Assembly (NCBI GenBank): GCA_001724265.1
Contig: MEDY01000062.1
Location: forward strand, 62,001 to 99,616
DNA from: Rhizaria sp. SCN 62-66
Lineage: Eukaryota
Direction: 5' to 3'
Length of the DNA stretch: 37,616 nt
Shown here: positions 35,301 through 37,616 of the stretch, one piece after another
Layout of the letters: each line of letters opens with the position of its first letter
Numbering within the stretch: the first letter of the stretch is position 1
The notes under the pieces: generated by a model
Database searches by the model: none
Seen by the model: the letters and a program-made list of their open reading frames with translations, nothing else
Told to the model about the DNA's origin: nothing
Translations under genes and position numbers: made by a program

Positions 35301-35899
35301 GCCGCCGCGCCCTGTGACAGAGCGCTGAAAGCGTGCGGGGGGCGCATAACGCCGGCGAGAGTGCGCGCGCGGTCGTTTTTGAACTCGCTCGCTTTCGCGA
35401 CGCTGCCCAGCGCGGCGGCGGCGGACGCGGCCGCGCGCGCAGCCTGCAGCTGTGCTAAATGAGCTGCGCCTGCTGAGGAGGCCTCGTCCGTTCCCGCGCC
35501 GGCACCAGCGCCTGTGGCAGTGCCGGCCGAGGACGCGGCGTTGGAAGCAAGCGGCGCAGACGCGCCCACAGCGCCTGTGGTGACAGCGGCTGCGTTAGTG
35601 GGGTCCGGGCTCGCGAACTCGGCGGCCTGAGCGGCGAGTTGGCGGTGATAACCGCGCAGCTCTGCCTGGAACGAGCGGGTGAAGTCGAGGTTCTGCGTCA
35701 GCTCGGCAAGCAGCGGGCTGCGTACGGGGTCATCCTCGTCCAGCAGCGCTGCCAGCGACGCAGGCTCCCAGTGGGATGCCATAGAAGGGAAAGAGGCGCC
35801 CGCAGACGATGCGCCGCCTGCGAGTCCAAGCGCCCCTTCGGCACCATCCTCAGCAGAGGGCTGGCGCGGGGGCTTCGGCGTATGTTTTTGAGTTGACAT
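14369..35899 (-). CDS. Giant CCDC162/DUF4549-like protein, ~7,176 aa, intronless, read through three in-frame TAGs (32597-32599, 22409-22411, 22310-22312)
   Basis: ORFs 32597..35923, 22409..32584 and 14369..22267 share one frame, with gaps of 12 and 141 nt that contain no TAA/TGA. First ATG is at 35899 (MSTQKH). Blocks I recognise as CCDC162-like: LKARLCRRW, RDYLDVRERVARL, DITLFLRWW, WVPYVRF...LDPLLRAEWALL, LLNFFRSVERRLTL, IMYTAALADLALLETQLIRLGS, DRWAIIVDLFEAEYAF...YEH...MSARPEID. C-terminal coiled coil. Stop TAA. Confidence 0.75.
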
Positions 35900-36425
35900 A
35901 AGCCTGTGAAATGGGTAAATCAAAGGGATGGGTGTCCGTAAATTTGAACTAGAAGCTCCGTATTTCGTATATAAGCACTGGAGGAAGGTTAAATATCACT
36001 GCGGTCGAGGCTCGGACAGAAACGACTTGAGTTTGAATCGGCCAATTAAAAACATGTGTATCTCGATGGAACTTCCGTGAACAGTAAAGTGATTATGGTG
36101 GGATTGTGCCTATGGTCGCTCACATATATCACATTTACCGCCGCACCATTAACGGAATATTACGCCTTCATTGACCTCATCTCGAAAGGTCGCCAACCCG
36201 AGATTCCTCGCTCTCCCTCATCGATGCATCGTGTTCGCCCAGAACCTCCCAGAGAGCGTCTGAAGATAGCATTGGCAATAAGAGCGTTGGTTCTGACAAC
36301 TATGAATTCTGAATTAAACATATATACTGTATTTTTTCTCTAACTCTGTCTGTGCGCGCTTGTGCAAGCATCGCAGCTGGCAAGTCAACTTCGTTACGTT
36401 ATGCCACTTCAAGTGCGTTGAGCGC

Positions 36426-37118
36426 TTAACGCTGCATCTGGTTCTGCTCAGCGCGGATAGGCGCGGCCTTTGCGGGCTCGGTCTTTACCGTCTCCACTTT
36501 TTTGACAGGCTCAGCCTTCTTGGCGGGCTCAGCCTTCACTGCCGCAGCCTTAACAGGCGCGGCCGCAGGTGCCTTGGCCTTCACGGGCGCTGTCTTAACA
36601 GGAGCTGCAGCAGGGGCAGCCTTCACAGGCGCAGCGGCAGGAGCGGCCTTGACCGGCGCCGCCGCGGGGACAGCCTTGGCCTTGACTGGCGCTGCGGCAG
36701 GCGGCGCCTTCATCGCGGCCGCCTTGACAGGGGCCGCCGCCGCGGGCGGAGCTGCCTTGGACTTGATCGGAGCCGCCTCAGGGGCCTTCACAGGGGCGGC
36801 GGGGGTGGCGGGGGCAGGGGCCTTGGTCTTGGCCTGGATCTTGGCCATGACGGGCGCGGCCTTGACCTGCGCAGGGGCTGCAGCGGGGGCCTTGATGGGC
36901 GCGGTTTTGGCCTTCACGGGCTCGGCGGCTGGGGCAGCCTTGGCCTTGATCGGTTCGGCGGCCTTGACGGGGGCAGCTTTGACAGCTGCGGGTGCGGCGG
37001 GCTTGGGCTCGGCTTTGATGGGGGCCGCGGATTTGGCTTTGGGCGTGGCCGCGAACTGGTCGAGCGCGGCGGCGAATGTGGCGCAGTAGAACGCGAAGAG
37101 AATTAGGGCGAGACGCAT
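36426..37118 (-). CDS. Secreted Ala/Pro/Lys-rich repeat protein, 230 aa
   Basis: Signal peptide MRLALILFAFYCATFAAA followed by about 15 P[VI]K-containing units (e.g. AAAPVKAAP). Strongly biased codons (GCC/CCC/AAG/GTC). Stop TAA. Confidence 0.8.
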   Translation of the reverse strand: MRLALILFAFYCATFAAALDQFAATPKAKSAAPIKAEPKPAAPAAVKAAPVKAAEPIKAKAAPAAEPVKAKTAPIKAPAAAPAQVKAAPVMAKIQAKTKAPAPATPAAPVKAPEAAPIKSKAAPPAAAAPVKAAAMKAPPAAAPVKAKAVPAAAPVKAAPAAAPVKAAPAAAPVKTAPVKAKAPAAAPVKAAAVKAEPAKKAEPVKKVETVKTEPAKAAPIRAEQNQMQR

Positions 37119-37534
37119 GAGGGCGAGGTAGCTGGGGGCGACGGCAGGGATCGAAAAGTGAAAAGCAAATGCCTGGTTAGGAGAATCGCATATTAATGCA
37201 TTAATAAAAATATGTTCTTATTTTCAAATAGGACATAAGCCTACCATTCTCTTGGCAGATGTTTTTGCATGCATCTCACGAGAATGCAGGCTTGTTTGCG
37301 AAACGCAACTTCGTCTACATCCAGATTAGACGGTGAGCAGTGACTGTGAGTTCGGCCTGACTGCATAGAGGATTGAGACACCACTGTATCAACAAGCATC
37401 ACCAATGTATTCAATGAATTGAATTTTCTCTCGCAATTATTTGTTTGTATTGAGCGGTGGTGTGACGCACGACATTTTACATAAAAAAGCATGTGAGACG
37501 GTGACGAAGACGGCCACGTGTGTATTCCCCTCGC

Positions 37535-37582
37535 TGTGTCCAAAGGTGGTGTTTCTGTGTTCAAAAGTGGTGTTTCTTGTGT
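37535..37582. repeat. Short tandem duplication, 21-bp unit x ~2.3
   Basis: TGTGTCCAAAGGTGGTGTTTC / TGTGTTCAAAAGTGGTGTTTC / TTGTGT. Confidence 0.55.
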
Positions 37583-37616
37583 AAATGATAAGCATTTAAA
37601 TACATATAATTCGAAT

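Noticed and set aside
14383-35896. Numerous overlapping + strand and alternative-frame ORFs, also over MTR4, SCOT, PWP2 and the repeat protein
   Set aside because: Shadow ORFs caused by high GC and codon bias of the real genes.
36056-36343. 95-aa + strand ORF, and likewise 37241..37564 on the - strand
   Set aside because: Non-ATG starts, intergenic composition, no recognisable features.
1-37616. Prokaryotic systems (CRISPR, operons, IS elements), tRNA/rRNA genes, transposons
   Set aside because: Eukaryote-specific genes and spliceosomal introns are present. I saw no spaced repeats, transposase/RT motifs or tRNA cloverleaf, including no suppressor tRNA, by eye.

Overview
GC-rich eukaryotic (protist-like) nuclear DNA with seven protein-coding genes, four on the + strand followed by three on the - strand. 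The + strand carries the 3' part of an MTR4 RNA helicase, a mitochondrial succinyl-CoA:3-oxoacid CoA-transferase (SCOT/OXCT1), PWP2/UTP1 with a long acidic + RGG tail, and a 5-exon membrane RING-finger protein. The - strand carries an ARM-like helical protein, a ~7,176-aa intronless CCDC162/DUF4549-like protein, and a secreted Ala/Pro/Lys repeat protein. The main observation is that three genes are interrupted by six in-frame TAG codons (five firm, one dependent on the start codon chosen). The frame continues seamlessly past each TAG, there is no in-frame TAA/TGA, and all seven genes end in TAA or TGA. This points to a variant nuclear genetic code in which UAG alone is a sense codon (Gln or Glu favoured by the PWP2 site, Leu not excluded). 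In addition, four genes have a pyrimidine tract + YAG 4-13 nt before the ATG, suggesting 5'-UTR introns or spliced-leader trans-splicing. Family assignments come from motif recognition, not database searches.
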